Assembly (NCBI RefSeq): GCF_006345805.1
Contig: NW_021832226.1
Location: 372,001-436,000 of the forward strand
DNA from: Octopus sinensis
Lineage: Eukaryota
Reading direction: 5' to 3'
DNA: 64,000 bases
Shown: positions 25,346-38,429 of the stretch, one piece after another
Numbering within the stretch: position 1 is the first letter of the stretch
How the letters are laid out: each line of letters opens with the position of its first letter
Notes under the pieces: generated by a model
Told to the model about the DNA's origin: nothing
Database searches by the model: none
The model's input: only the letters and a program-made list of their open reading frames with translations
Program-made: the position numbers and the translations under genes

Positions 25346-25830
25346 TAAATCAACAAGATCTACGATGTACCGGTCTCTCGGTGCATAAGCAATGATAGGC
25401 GTAATTATAGGTTTGGTAGCAAGCATTCGTTTAGACTAAACTTGTTAAAATAAATAAATAACCTGACAATAAACGCATTTAGATACCACAGTGGCAACTT
25501 CACTACGTCTTGCACCATAAATCGTCAGTGACAATAAACTATATAATTTATCTCGTCCAAAGTGGTTTAAATTGTGTTGAGCCTAATTTAAATCAGGAAA
25601 TATCAAACTTCAATGTATTTGAGCTTTAATTCAGCTTCCTCGATACAAAAGAATCGCAACTCTCGACCATTTTTAGCAATGTAGGCTGCGGAATTCTTGA
25701 AAGTGAAACTTTCGGCATATCGCTTGATTTTTGCCCTTTCCCTCCAGTCGATGCATTCATCTAGTAGTCCGGATTCACTGAAATTCTTAATTTTTTGAAT
25801 TGTTTCAAGTGTTAATTCCACTAGAACCAT
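25346..25830 (-). pseudogene. 5' half of a Ginger2-type integrase gene (2 introns), truncated
   Basis: MVLVELTL...KYIE^AQHNLNHFGRDKLY...KCVYCQ^SKRMLATKP...RDRYIVDLVDLR: HHCC finger and first catalytic Asp. Introns are 26 and 27 nt. Confidence 0.85.
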
Positions 25831-26065
25831 TTTTTTATAATTAATATTTAAATTAAAATTATATAATAAGTTTGATTTTTTTATTATTAATAATTGTCGC
25901 AGTAAATAGGGATTCCAGGAAATAGCGATCCGTAGTAAATAGAGCGCATAGTATTCAAATATAAATAAATTAAGCAATTTATATGTCTATTTAGTAATAA
26001 TCATTTTTATTTTTGAAAATGTTTTTATTTTTTGCAAAAAATAATAAATTTTTATTTGAACATAC

Positions 26066-26555
26066 GCATATAATACAAGGATACACTCTACAACGCGCTT
26101 TTCTCCTGTTCATTTGATGTATGGCCCACGGATTAGAGAACAAATGGCTCGAGGTCATACTCAGGCACTCATTGAATATATTGATTCCATCAATCACTTG
26201 ACTACAATGAAGAGCCAAGAACCGAGCAAATTCAACAAGAACTACATGGACTTGATGTGGAAACAAACGACAACGAGATGGATCGACTTGTAGTAGCTTC
26301 TGCAGCAGCCGAAGATTTACGAGATATGCGAGGAGGAATACTAATAGTGCTGCTGAATCCATGAGGAGACGATCTAATTGGAGGAATGATATCCTTGACT
26401 TTCCTCTGGGGACGAAAGTGGTCATCCACACCGACACAGATACGAATACAACAACACGCCGTCGACCATTCCACGAACATTTGGATTGTACTGAATATAT
26501 GTCGTTGGGATTTTACAGCACGACAGGGTCCAAATTAGTTCGACGAATATGTTGA
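26066..26555 (+). pseudogene. 3' half of a Ginger2-type integrase (frameshifted)
   Basis: AYNTRIHSTTRFSPVHLMYG. LGTKVVIHTDTDTNTTTRRRPF aligns with VGDNVLLRQDIDANPQNRNYPL of the 50013 element. Confidence 0.75.
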
Positions 26556-29519
26556 TCAATCATGAGGCCCCTTACGAGATCGATATTAATAGACTAGCTA
26601 TCGTTGGAAAACTATAAAAATTTTGTTTCGGAATAAACTTCTTTATATCTTAAATTTTTGTTCTTTTATGATTGCAATCGAAAATAGACAACTATTTGCT
26701 ATTTCAAAAAAAAAAGAATTTGAATTACTTTTCCATATTTTCATTTTTGTTTAAATAAAATGAAATCGAAACTAAAATACACTCCATAAGATTTAAACGC
26801 GAAATTGACTAAATTGTTAACAAAAAGCGTCATTTAAACATTTAAAAAAATTAACAATTCAAACAATAAACGAATCTATTCTTAAGCAAATATTTTCATT
26901 ATTCCTGTACGATTTTAAAGCAGATTTTGTAGTAAGCTATTTATTAATTATAAAATTATCAAATTAACGAAAAATCGTCCTGCACAGTATTTGTCTTTAT
27001 AGATTTCTCTATTTGGACAATATAAAATTTTATAATTATTTTACTTCGGATCGCTATTTCCTGGTATCTCTATTTACTGTAACAATAATTTTTTCAATGA
27101 AAAGTTTTCTAAAAAAAATATTTTTTGCATTTTAAGCATTGACCTCGCAGCCCTGGACTGTGACATTATTTTTCAGCTATTATGAAAATTAAAGTTCTGA
27201 AAATTAATTATTAGACAATTAAAAATGACTCAAGTTCAAAATTCTGTCGAATGTTTTCTAACAGTAAATAAGAAATATCATTATCCAATATGGTTAGAGT
27301 CAAATTTGATATATTCTTTTTAAAATATGTCAAGCATAGCAAATACGTATTATACTCTATCATTAAAAGTAATCGAACTGTAAAAAAATATTTTGATTAT
27401 TGTATAATGACTATAAAAATCAGCTCTCAATTAAATACAATATTTAGCTTAATTACAATAAATTTAATTTTAAGTTTGAAGAATCCTGCCGTCAAATTCA
27501 GATAGAGACACTCTATTTGAAATAACTTAAATAATCGATTATGCGCTATCCCAATGGTTTTAATGAGTATATAGCGCTGACATTGTACATTAATCATGAA
27601 CTCCTGCAATTGTTTGTCTACAGCTGAAATATTGAGGGCTTGAAAAGAGAAAATTTACATCCCACCATACGAATAACCTGGGCACCAATCAAACTGAGAC
27701 CAAGAATATGTTCTTTTTGCATAGAAAGACTTTCTGCTGACTTTTTGGACGACTTGGACAATTTGGTACGTTATTAAATATATTTTAAAGGAAGTTGACT
27801 GAAAAGTCATGTTTATAATAGTTCTAATAACTGTTTGTTCATTGGCTTTAAATAAAATATTTTGTTTTGATAAATTTTAAATTGACGATTATAGATCTCA
27901 ATATTACTTTCCTGAGTATCAAATCTTTTTCATAGTCCAAATTGAATAAGTTTTATTTAATTCTTCCATTCTTAGTTTTATTCTTGTCGTAAAAAACTCA
28001 TACTCTGTCCTTCTATCGAGTATTTGCTAAAACATTTGTTCGTTTCTGGAATTAATTAGATTCCCTCAAAATTTCAATTTAGTTCTAATTATAGTATATA
28101 TTAGGTACAAGGTGAAGATTCGAGCCATGTCTATGTCTAGTCGATCGTAATTAAAAAGAAATTAGAGAACATGCGTCTAGAACTCTTAGCTACGTCGGAA
28201 AATCACGTAACAAGTATTTTAATGAATGTTGAGGCAATCAATGAGCAACTGAATAGAGGAAGTAGCCACCACGAGACATCAATAAAGCCTGTCGAGGACA
28301 CGGACGCTGTATTCTGTCCCATAAGTCCGGCAAAATGAGACGGATTAGAGGCGAAAAGGAGGAAGCTGGAACCAATATTATCTGGATAAGATATTATTAA
28401 CGGTATTGGTAACTATAACGATCAAATTGTCAGGGCAACAAATAGTGTTATTGATAGAGAAGTTGAATATCCGAGTTTCACTACTGCAATACGAATCAGT
28501 TTCCCTACTGCAATACGAATAGGAGAGTGTTGTGACATGGCGGGTCAACGGTTCGTTTGTTCATAAAAGAACAATCTTAATTATTAGATAAACTAAATTT
28601 GGTTCGTTTGTGTAACTAAACTATAATTTAAAAATAGTTTAACAGTTATCGAACAAAGAATTAAACTAAGATTAACTTTCTTTTTCAATAATACATGGAT
28701 CCTCATTAGCCACAGGCACGTTTATTTTCATACTCTTCTTCCCGCTATTTGTTATTATTATTATTATTTGCATACGTACATAGAATCATATTAGTTATAA
28801 TTTTACTCGTGCAGCATTAAAACAATCCTTTGAACCAGCCTCCTCCAACCTCCTCTGTCGTGAGCGAGTTTCCTCAGCTCGTCAGATCCTCACCATCCTT
28901 AGCCTTTTCTTCCCGCTATTTGTTAATACATTTTAATTGGATATCCGAATAATATTAGTTTATTATTTAATACAATTTAAGTGTAATTTACTAGAAGTTA
29001 ACGAAGCCATTTATCCGAAGTGGACTTGGCCAACATTATTGACGTTGCGTTGCCTCTCACGATAGCAACGGAGATCAACTGGAGAAGCCACCGGGTCTCA
29101 CGTGTGTCGTGTTTTGTTAATGTGGCTAAGCGTCCAACCTTCTTTAGGAAGCGAAGCGATTGGTTTATTAAACTAATTAATTGCTCTGTTTAAGTTGCTT
29201 ATGTAAATATTAGCATATTTTGAACCTGCCGCAGTAACGGAGCGATCAAAAGAAGTCAAAATAAGTCCGAATATATTTCTTAGTCCCACTTTTATAAATA
29301 ATTCCCAATTCATTGCTAACAGATCATATTTATGGATTTTTCAACCTTGAAATCTTTCAAGCGGCTTTCCAAGGTTATTCGAATCTCGTTAAGCGCGATC
29401 TTATATGGAGTGTTGTTTTCCAGAGCATTGTCAGTTATAGTTGTCGTATTTACACTTATTTCGACAATAATTCCAAATTTCTTGCATAGGTTCAGATTCA
29501 AGCATTTAACTACTTTACT

Positions 29520-30340
29520 GTGCTTGTGAGTTAGAATTGTTGAAATATCAAATTAGTCAACTGACCTATTTGATGAATTGCATGATTTTCTCCATATTTG
29601 AAAAACAATAAACGCACCATTCCTCCTATTGAAAGAGAGTTATTTCCGTTTATTATGGGCTTCATATATACGCCTATAATCATTTCCTTAGTTGTTATTA
29701 AAAAATAAATCAGCTGTTTCTACGTAGCGTAATGTTCGGGGACAAAATCTAACAATTGCATCTATCATTTCGTCAAAGGAGTTGTCCAAATGGCTCAATT
29801 GCCTTGCTGAGGGAGAATCTTTCCTGTATTGTTTTTACGTTTTAGAAAACATGCTCTCACCAACTTGGACAACTTTTCCAATTCCACTTGTACAATCTAA
29901 TAATAGCAATCAGTGTGTTCAGAAAATTAATAATCAGCAAAACCTCACACTGGGAGTGAGACCAATTAAAAATCCTGTAGTTGCCCATTCCAGTTGCCGC
30001 CAACACCATAAAATTGTGTGTCTTTTGAAGCTCCATGTATACATAAAACGAATAAATAATTGTAAGAAAACTGTCGTATCTTCAAGCCACGTACCTAAAA
30101 ATTAAGTACTCTATTATTATACCGTTTCTAAGAGAAGTATAAGTTCGGGACTCGCTTTTATTGCACACTCATGTTGTATTCTCCCGCTGATAGAAAATGG
30201 TCATCAAATGTTTTCTAAGGCATTTCTTTTCTTTCGGAGAGATTCCAACATCTTGAAGAAAGGGAATTGATTCCATTTCAGAACGTGAATATTCGTAGTC
30301 CTTCAGCTTTAATATTTTGCACAACAACTGTATCACTTAT
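29520..30340 (-). mobile_element. Decayed Merlin (ISXO2-like) transposase
   Basis: KDYEYSRSEMESIPFLQDVGISPKEKKC, VVQVGESMFSK and DNSFDEMIDAIVRFCP; homologous to the copy at 32851. Confidence 0.7.
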
Positions 30341-31596
30341 CCCTACAACAACAAGGGCACCGCAAAACCAAAGCCCTGGAAGTTACTGAGGTTTCGCTTA
30401 TGCCAGCAGCACAAAAAGAACTTTCTATGAGAGAACAAATAAGTTAATTATTCTAACTAATCTGGAATATTCGAGTTGAAACTGGGTTGCTAACCACTGG
30501 AATTTAAAATGGAAGCATTTTTCATGTTTGAGGAAGTGATATTGTTTGACAAAAATTTATTCTGTTATAAAACTTATTTTAAAAATATTCTTTCTTATAT
30601 GAGGGAATCTTTCAAATATAGGTTCAAAATAAATGTTTAAATATTTATAGGTATTAGGATTTTAAAAAAGAAAGGGCAACTCTGTCGTTTTTTTATAAAT
30701 TCTCTATGTGCTAAAGTAAGGACTTTAACTTTATTTCCATTTGAAGTTAACGCAGCATTGTTCGAAATGCAACTATTGGACGTGACATGTAAGGAATTGT
30801 GAGCATTAATGTTTATTCGCCTTTCAGAATAATTATGAGTGATGTCAATGTCATATTAAAGAAACCTGAGATTGTGATTTTCAAAACTTAAATTCTTTTC
30901 CGGATTCATTTTATAACTGAAAAAAATTTGACAATATTTAGGTCACTTACAGTGCCGATAAAAAATTAGATTCGCATTATTGAATTTTTTATTTAAAAGG
31001 TTTTATAACTGGAAAAAATGTCCGAATTAAAATAATATTCGATGTCACTGCGGGTTGTTAGATAAAATTTTTTCTAACTGAAAGATCTGTAACTTTTTTC
31101 TAACTGAAAGATCTATCTTCGATCCAGATTTGGAATTGTCCTGCAGTTGTGCTTCGACGTGAAATTTATTTTTCGTAGAACGCATAGGAAATCCACACAT
31201 TTTCTCCTTTTGTATGCTTTCCAGTATCTTTCAAAGAATGTCGAGTGGATATATGCCACGGTGTTTTTTTAATTCTACGGGATCCTAGCTGGCTTTTGCA
31301 GTCCATGTGATTATGACTATATAAAATATTGTTAAAGGATATAAATATATAAGATTTGTGGCTACTTCCTCCACTCATTCGTTCATTGATTGTCCCAACA
31401 TCCATTGCAATACTTGTTACATGATTCTCCGTCGTAGCTACAAGCTTGTATTCCGGACGTATGGTGTCTAGTGTCTTTTTAATCACGATTGTGAACTGAT
31501 CTTTGATATTAAAATATTTGTATTTATTAAAAGCAAAAACAAGTATTTATTTAAAATAAATACTTAAGTTTTTATAAACATTTTTTTCTAGTTGCA

Positions 31597-32248
31597 ATGT
31601 TATTTTTCTGTGGTCCAATTCGACGCAAAATTGACAGAAAAGTGATTGTCATTTCGATAATATTGTTTTCAAATATTTTATTTCTATTTTATTTTAGTGC
31701 AGTTCTGGTATCTTGAAACTATTTTATAAATTTTAGAGGAACAAAAAATTTAATAGCAAAAAAGGAATTAAAAAAATTAAAAAAATAATAGAAGATTTTG
31801 ATTATTTAAACAACAGAAACCGGCAATGGTGTTCAAAAATATTTATTGGACCCTTCAATAGTATTGATGACAGAGGTTTCACATATAATTCCTATTTTTT
31901 TATTTGTTTTAGGTTTGGTGTGTAAAAACATTGAAATAGAAGAACATTGCTGTACTTTTAACAAGCACATTGATCAAGAATTTGAAATACAAAATGATTG
32001 CTTTAAAGTATACGAGTTCTGCGTTTCATACTGTTTACAGAACAAGGAGGTTTATGATTTATAAAATACAATTATGTTTATTTTAGAAAGTAAATACTGG
32101 TTTAACTGATGTAAAAGAAAGTGTTTTGTTGAGTCTCTCGTTGGTCCAAACATATTTTGATCTCTGTCTTGCAAAATGTCGCACTTCTTCTCAAAGCATT
32201 TCAATATTTTCTAAATATGTTAGTGATTTTAAACATTGTATTCGCTAA
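31597..32248 (+). CDS. SPRING1: SREBP-regulating protein SPRING1 (C12orf49), 3 introns (29, 37, 37 nt)
   Basis: Signal anchor RRKIDRK-VIVISIILFSNILFLFYF. Spliced WCSKIFIG...DDRGLVC...CC...YEFCVSYCLQ...FDLCLAKCRTSSQS matches the family Cys pattern. Confidence 0.9.
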
Positions 32249-32289
32249 ATACGATTTTTTTATTAAGAATTTTTAAAATAATGAAAATA

Positions 32290-34022
32290 CACTCAACCCT
32301 CTCAAATTGGCCATTTTTGGTTCCTTCAATTTTGTTGGCCAATTAGAGAATAAAATCGATAATTTTTTTAAAGAAACTACTTTAATGTGTCTCCAGTTAG
32401 CATAATTTTTTTAATTAAAGTAAATGAAAAAAATCATAATTTTTTTAAAGTAAAATTCAATTCCCATTTGTTTTTTTTAGATATTACTATATTTTCTTTG
32501 TAACGTTTTATAGATGAGATTAGTAAGACAACATGCTCGTTTTCAATGTTTTTTAATAAATCTTTTTTTGTTGCGATACTATCTTCTGATTTATTTTTCA
32601 CGCTATCATTATTTAGAATTCCGAAACAATTTGAAATGCTATGTTACGATACATCTTCCCATGCCATTTTAACAAATATCATCCTTTAATGTGAGCTTTT
32701 TATATGAACTATGAACGGATATTTCTTTATGTTCTAATAAATCCGTTAAATATGCAAATTTATGCTTATTGAAAAGCGTTTTAAAATTTTTATGATTCCC
32801 AGGTCTATTGGCTGGACAAATGCTGTACTATTTCGCGGTATAAACACGATGGTACTGTTGCATTTCATGAATCACGAAAATAGGCACTAAATTAATTAAT
32901 GAAAATTTTTATGAATATTAGATCGAAAATTTAAAAAATTGAACTATGCCGATTTTGTAAATTTTATTTTTAAAAAAATTTGAATTTTTTACCGGCTTGT
33001 GGAGATGAATGATACAGTTGTCATGCGAAAATTTGCAAAACTGAAGGACTATGAACTTCCCCGTACTGAAATGGAGTCAGTTGCCTTCCTTCAAGAGGTT
33101 GGAATCTTTCCTAAAGAAAAAAAATGTAAAAACAGACATTTTATGACCCTTCTCCAACAGCAGGAGAGTACAACATGGGTGTGCCATAAAAGTGGGTGTC
33201 GAACATATAGTTCAAGTGAGTCATTTAGACAACTCCTTCGATGAGCTAATAGATGCCATCGTCAAATTTTGTCCGCCGAATATCACGCTTCGTACTACCA
33301 GCTGACCTTTTTTATTGTAATAAAGATTTTTTCACTGAGGGAATGATGAGCATCTTTATTAACCAACAACTGTGTCTTTTTAGACAGGTGGTCGTTAATA
33401 GCTCAGATTTAATTTTGTCTGTATTGTTTTGACACCACTAAGCCGGTAAAAAATTCAAATTTTTTTAAAAATAAAATTTTCAAAATCGGCATAGTTCAAT
33501 TTTTTAAATTTTTGATCTAATATTCATAAAAATTTTCATTAATTTAGTGCCTATTTTCGTGATTCATGAAATGCAACAGTACCAACATGATGACTGGAAA
33601 AATCTCCTTCAACGAATTTTTCATCAAGTTTAGGAAACTTAAGATTTGATACTTTTTTGAGGCTAGATTGTGTATCTTGCTATCTTTGAGAAGAGAATCT
33701 TTTTTCACAAGAATGTTGTTGATTGTTTTTCGAGAAATTTTTTTATTAAACAAAAAAGAAAATCTTTCTGCCAAATGCTGACAAGAAAAATGAGGATTCT
33801 TCTAAGATACAATTTTTATTTTCCGATTAAAATTCAGACAAGTATAATTATTAGGAGAAGACATGTGGGACAAATTTTATTAACAAAATTCAAATTTATC
33901 AAAAAAATCAAAATTTGTGGCTAATTTGAGAACTGGCCATTTTGCAGAGTTTTTTCAATTTTTTAGAGGTAAATTGTTAAAAATGGCCAATTTGAGAGGA
34001 GCCAATTTGAGAGGGTTGAGTG
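32290..34022 (-). mobile_element. pogo/Tigger-like element (defective) with a nested Merlin
   Basis: TA-flanked TIR cactcaaccctctcaaattggc. HTH remnant (ISRKTINNIL) and FIPRNSTAFVQPIDLGII lie on either side of the insertion. Confidence 0.85.
32851..33583 (+). mobile_element. Merlin-like non-autonomous element
   Basis: TIRs of about 145 bp starting GGTACTGTTGC. 8-bp TSD aacacgat / aacatgat. N-terminal transposase remnant FLQEVGIFPKEKKCKNRH. Confidence 0.85.
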
Positions 34023-34089
34023 TATATAATTTTTCTGATCTGAAATACAGGTTCAAACATGCTAGAATAATTCAACCTAATTAGATGCA

Positions 34090-34820
34090 AGCAAACTTTC
34101 AATTTGTTGCTTGAGTCGTCCAATCAGCATCGCCGCGCTTGCCTTCTTTCGGCAGCATCCTCGGCTAGTGGAGCTTGGCTTTGTGAATTCCCAAATGCCC
34201 CATCTGGCACTCTCCTCGACGATGAATCGCTAAGGACCGGAATCTCTCTGCGCCTCGGCTAAGGCAATGTGTCCCGCACACGTGCCGTTGTGGCTGCACT
34301 GTTGACCCTTTCGGTCTGCATTCTTTATCGTGCAAAAGGAGTGCCGGACGTTTTCCGAGGCACTCTGCTATGAACAACATCATACGGAGGTCCCTCGACT
34401 CGGTGGGATTCCCTTCGGTCCTCGAACCACCAGGTCTTGACCCTGACGACGGGAAACGTCCTGACGGGATGACCCTTTTCCCTTTTGAAGGCGGAGAAGA
34501 CCTCGTATGGGATGCAGCCTGCTGGGACACTTTTTCTGCTTCACATTTAACTTCATGTGCTCTGAAGGCTAAATCTGCTGCTAAGAATGCTGAAGATTTA
34601 AAGCTATCCAAATATTTTGCCCTTTCGGAGGAGTTTTTCGTTTTGCTGATAACGACGGAGACGTCGGGTGCTCTCGGTCCAAAGACTAAAAAGTTCCTCC
34701 GCTAGCTCGGAGCTAAAATCTCAATGCGCACTCACGATCCTCGGGAGGTGGACTGGCTATTGTAACGGTTCTCGATCGCCATTATCCGGGGAAACAGTTT
34801 GGCAATCCGCCACGCTACAC
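34090..34820 (+). mobile_element. 5'-truncated CRE-clade retrotransposon
   Basis: EPPGLDPDDGKRPDGMTLFPFEGGEDLVWDAACWDT, with stops. Confidence 0.85.
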
Positions 34821-35679
34821 AAATAATAATGAATATTTTTATCATAAATAAAATTCAACCTAGAAACTAACTTTTCAATAAGTCTAGGAAGAAAATTTGT
34901 TTATTTCAAGATCAGACTAATATACAAGATGTATTCCTCGAGACTGTCAATGTTTTATATTCAAAGACGATTTGTATCTGCGTTTTGAACGTTCGAGGTG
35001 CTTTCTTTCCTTTGATTTTAAAATTTATTTCTCGAATCATCATTTTTTGTTCCCGTGGCATTCGAAACATCTTGGATCACAGAAAATCTCACCACGGACT
35101 TTATTTATGACATCGAGATAAAGATTTGAGATTTCTTTCCGTAGAAGTGAAGCAACAAAGTCATCATGACTCTGCCAAGAAATTTGATTGCCATTCTTAG
35201 CGAAAACAGCAAAGCAATTATTTCCTAAATTTTTTTCTTATCAATAAAAAAATTTTAACTGTTAAAATTGATAACTTTAATCACATTTCGCAAAATAACT
35301 TTTATTTTTGTATTTTGAATAAAACGCAATCATTTTTTTATATTATTTCATCATGTGGCATGAACTCACCTCACCTCTTCGCACTAGGTCTTCCAAAGTC
35401 ATTGGTGATTGTAGCTGGAGTTTTCGAGTTTGGGAAGTTTCAATATTTTGGAAGTTTCAATAAATTTTAGCAATAAAATTTATTAAAGAAACAAAATTAA
35501 CTTTTTTTAATTTAATAAATTTTTTTTTTATTGAGTATTATTTTCATATTTAAAGAATTCAACAGTATGAATTTAATAAAATTTTTGACATCTATTTTGT
35601 TTTTTAGGTTTGTTGGATTTCATATTATAAATCATTCATTTTTTAATTTATGAATAATTAATTCTTTTTTATTTTTAGA

Positions 35680-36369
35680 ATGGAAAAAAATTATTACGAC
35701 ATTTTGGAAGTTCAAAAAGATGCTACTCGCGAAACTATAATAAAAGCGTAACTAAAAAATTTCATAAATCTAATTAGATATAAAAGAAAGGCTTTCCAGT
35801 GTCATCCAGACAAAAACCCTGAAAAAAAATTTGCCGCTGAAATTGAATTTAAAGCAGTTGCCAGAGCTTATCAAATACTTTCGGATGGTTAATTTATGGT
35901 TGATGAACATTAGAGACACTTCGAGAAAAGTATGACCAAAATGGGGATGCAGGGTTAAGATCTTTTTCTGAAGATTTTGACAAATATTTTACTAACCCTT
36001 ATCATCTATACAAGTTGTTTTATGGTTCTCCCTCAGCTGATAAATCACGGATTTTTAATGAATTCTATCGTGGATCCCAGCCGAGGTTATATATGTTATT
36101 ATTTTTAGACCACAAATTATACTTGCTGATTTTAGTCAAACTGGGTATCGAACGCCATTTGGCGTCTACAATCCCTTATGTGAGACTATCCATACTATAA
36201 AAGACGGGGAGATTGTTCGGACGTAAAACATTTTTTTTATTTTTAAAGTATTATAGATCACGCTACCGGATCCAGTATTTCTGTTGAAAATGGAATTTTG
36301 ACTTCTGATACTAATCAATTGTCCGATTCTGAAGATGATAAAAAATTTATTAAGTATCTTTATTATTAA
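35680..36369 (+). CDS. DnaJ/Hsp40 subfamily B protein (DNAJB6/MRJ-like), 4 introns
   Basis: Spliced J domain NYYDILEV...KA^[14 protein letters not shown]...[13 protein letters not shown]^[12 protein letters not shown]-terminal [12 protein letters not shown]...SISVENG. The last exon is somewhat ambiguous. Confidence 0.88.
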
Positions 36370-37069
36370 TTTTTGATTAATAAGATCTTGTATTTTACTC
36401 AATAATAAATCTTAAGAAAGTTGAATTTAGTAAATTTTAAAAAGTCGAATCAACTGGAGGTAAACGGTTTAAAAAGTTCCAGTGTTGTCGTTGAAAAAAT
36501 ATTCGGGAGGAGATAAGCAGATATTTTTCGGACCTAAACGCATTGTTTTCGGTGACGTAATTCGACAACTTGCGGGAATACTTTTCTAATGCCCATAAAC
36601 TCGACAGCTTTTTGTTTGCTATCTGTTCTGGAAGGTTTCTAGCACTTTTGTGAGCATGCACTAGTGAGCGAGGTATTTTTTAATCTAAAAAATATTTTTC
36701 AGATGAGTTTAATGATATTTTTTAAGCCAAATTTTTTAATCGACATGAGTAAAGCCTCTACTTCTAACCCACATAATAATACCATAATTGAGTTAACTGC
36801 AAATTGTATCTTAGTTGATTTTTTAATAGTCTCACTAGCTCAAATGAAATCTGAGTTACATGAAACTTAAATTGGCTAAGGTTAATTTTATTTTGATTAT
36901 TGACCAATACAGTTTTTATTATTTATGATATCCAACAAAATGAAATTCTTCTAAAATGTAATTTCATATTATACTTTAATTTTCTTTAAATTGTTTGATA
37001 GCTTTGAACTAATGCATAATAAATTCAAATTAGTTTTGTATCTAATTTGACAAGAAGGCACGAGTTTCT

Positions 37070-38110
37070 TGCCGACATTTAGGTCAAAAAAAAGATGTGG
37101 AAAACTTTTGAAATGAATTAGAAGAAAGCAAACCTTTTGGAGAGGAATGCCAATCTCTCACAAATAAGAATTCGGACCAGTGGCAATAATTCTACAGAAT
37201 TTCCCAACTTGGATCGGAATTGAGGGACTCGAAGACTTCGTAAAAAGCAAAATGAAAGGAAAAATGACTCTCAGACGTTTTAAGAGAAGAGGAGTGAGAC
37301 TGCCTATCATTTAAATGGTGACTTCTGATCACTGAGAAGCTCAATAGCTTATACGGTTGGAGCTAAAGATCAGCTTTTCGAACGTAAAGGCCGAGTGATA
37401 CAAAAACCCTCGATGTCAAGGGTTTGGCTACATAACACGCTTCTACAGTCCCGTGCAATGAAAAGAGGCCACCTAAAGAGTATTTCTAAAAATAAAAATA
37501 CTCGAAAATTAAATTATGAAATTTTCTAAAAAATTCAGCAAACTCTTTTTCTTCGTATTAATTATCCATAAAAAACTAAATATAAAAGTTATTTTTCATT
37601 ATAATGCCAATTTTATTTAATTTATTAAATTTGATCATTTCTAGGTCATGCAATGAAAAGAGGCCACTTTATTTATTTACTAACTTTAAATCAAAAAAAC
37701 AAAGATTAGTATTTCGTCAAACTTCCTTTACAATTATAGACAGAATATATTCTTCTGGGCATCGAATTATATAATTCCCTAATAAAACTGTCATCAATTG
37801 CCTCCCATTCCTCTTTCGTAATTTTCCATAAGTCCTGTACTGTTTCAGGGACTTTTAATCGTATTTTTGACTTTAGCAAACACCAAACATGCTCAATTAT
37901 ATTGAGATCCGGTGATTGACTTGGCCAATTCTCTGTATAAAAATCAGGAGAAATGTCTATTTTTCCGTCACACATGTGGAACAGATTGCAAGGCTTCCAA
38001 CATGAAAAAATGTGTCAACTACGGTTCTCCGAGCCACTTGACAAATTATCGGGGCTGTGAGAAAGCTAAAGAAGTTTCAAAGCTGAAAAATGAGAAAATA
38101 CAGAAACTGT
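37070..38110 (+). mobile_element. Jockey-like LINE ORF1 (gag) remnant, interrupted by a Tc1 fragment
   Basis: Knuckle remnant HTCGTDCKASNMKKCVNYGSPSHLTNYRGC at about 37970-38060. Confidence 0.5.
37446..37930 (-). mobile_element. Tc1-like element, 3' part
   Basis: WPSQSPDLNIIEHVW...SMPRRIYSVYNCKGSLTKY. TA-flanked end cagtcccgtgcaatgaaaagaggccac, with an inner direct repeat at about 37650. Confidence 0.85.
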
Positions 38111-38429
38111 ATTGATGCAGAAACTGTTAAAAGAAGCTTGGTGAATTCCAAAATCAACCGAACAGATATAAAAATGCACCCTTGAAGAATGGCCAGGACG
38201 GAACGATCCAAGAGTTTGAAAACAGCTAGAGTTGGAATACAGACAGAGGAAACGACTATACCATTTTCCATGCTGAATGCTAATAGTTTCAAGCTAAATG
38301 TAACAGTTTCAAACTAAATTGGAAAACGTTAATAAATTTATAAAACTGTGAAAAAATCATTTATCAAAATTTAATGTCTTTTAATGCTAATGCCGCCGTA
38401 AACTTAGCAGCAAAGTGGTGATCGATTAG

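Larger units (their letters stand above)
23912..27165. mobile_element. Composite Ginger2/Tdd-like element
   Basis: 22-bp TIR tgtcacagtccagggctgcgag at both ends. Flanks ATATT / TTATT (5-bp TSD with 1 mismatch). Contains two integrase halves in opposite orientation and a CRE fragment. Confidence 0.85.

Noticed and set aside
27200-28000. Possible decayed Tc1 or LINE remnant
   Set aside because: Too degraded to assign a family.
29130-29270. gcgaagcga / aacggagcg motifs resembling Helentron ends
   Set aside because: No clear hairpin or subterminal inverted repeat pair.
36437-36870. Short ORFs convergent with DnaJ
   Set aside because: No recognisable motif and no consistent spliced model.
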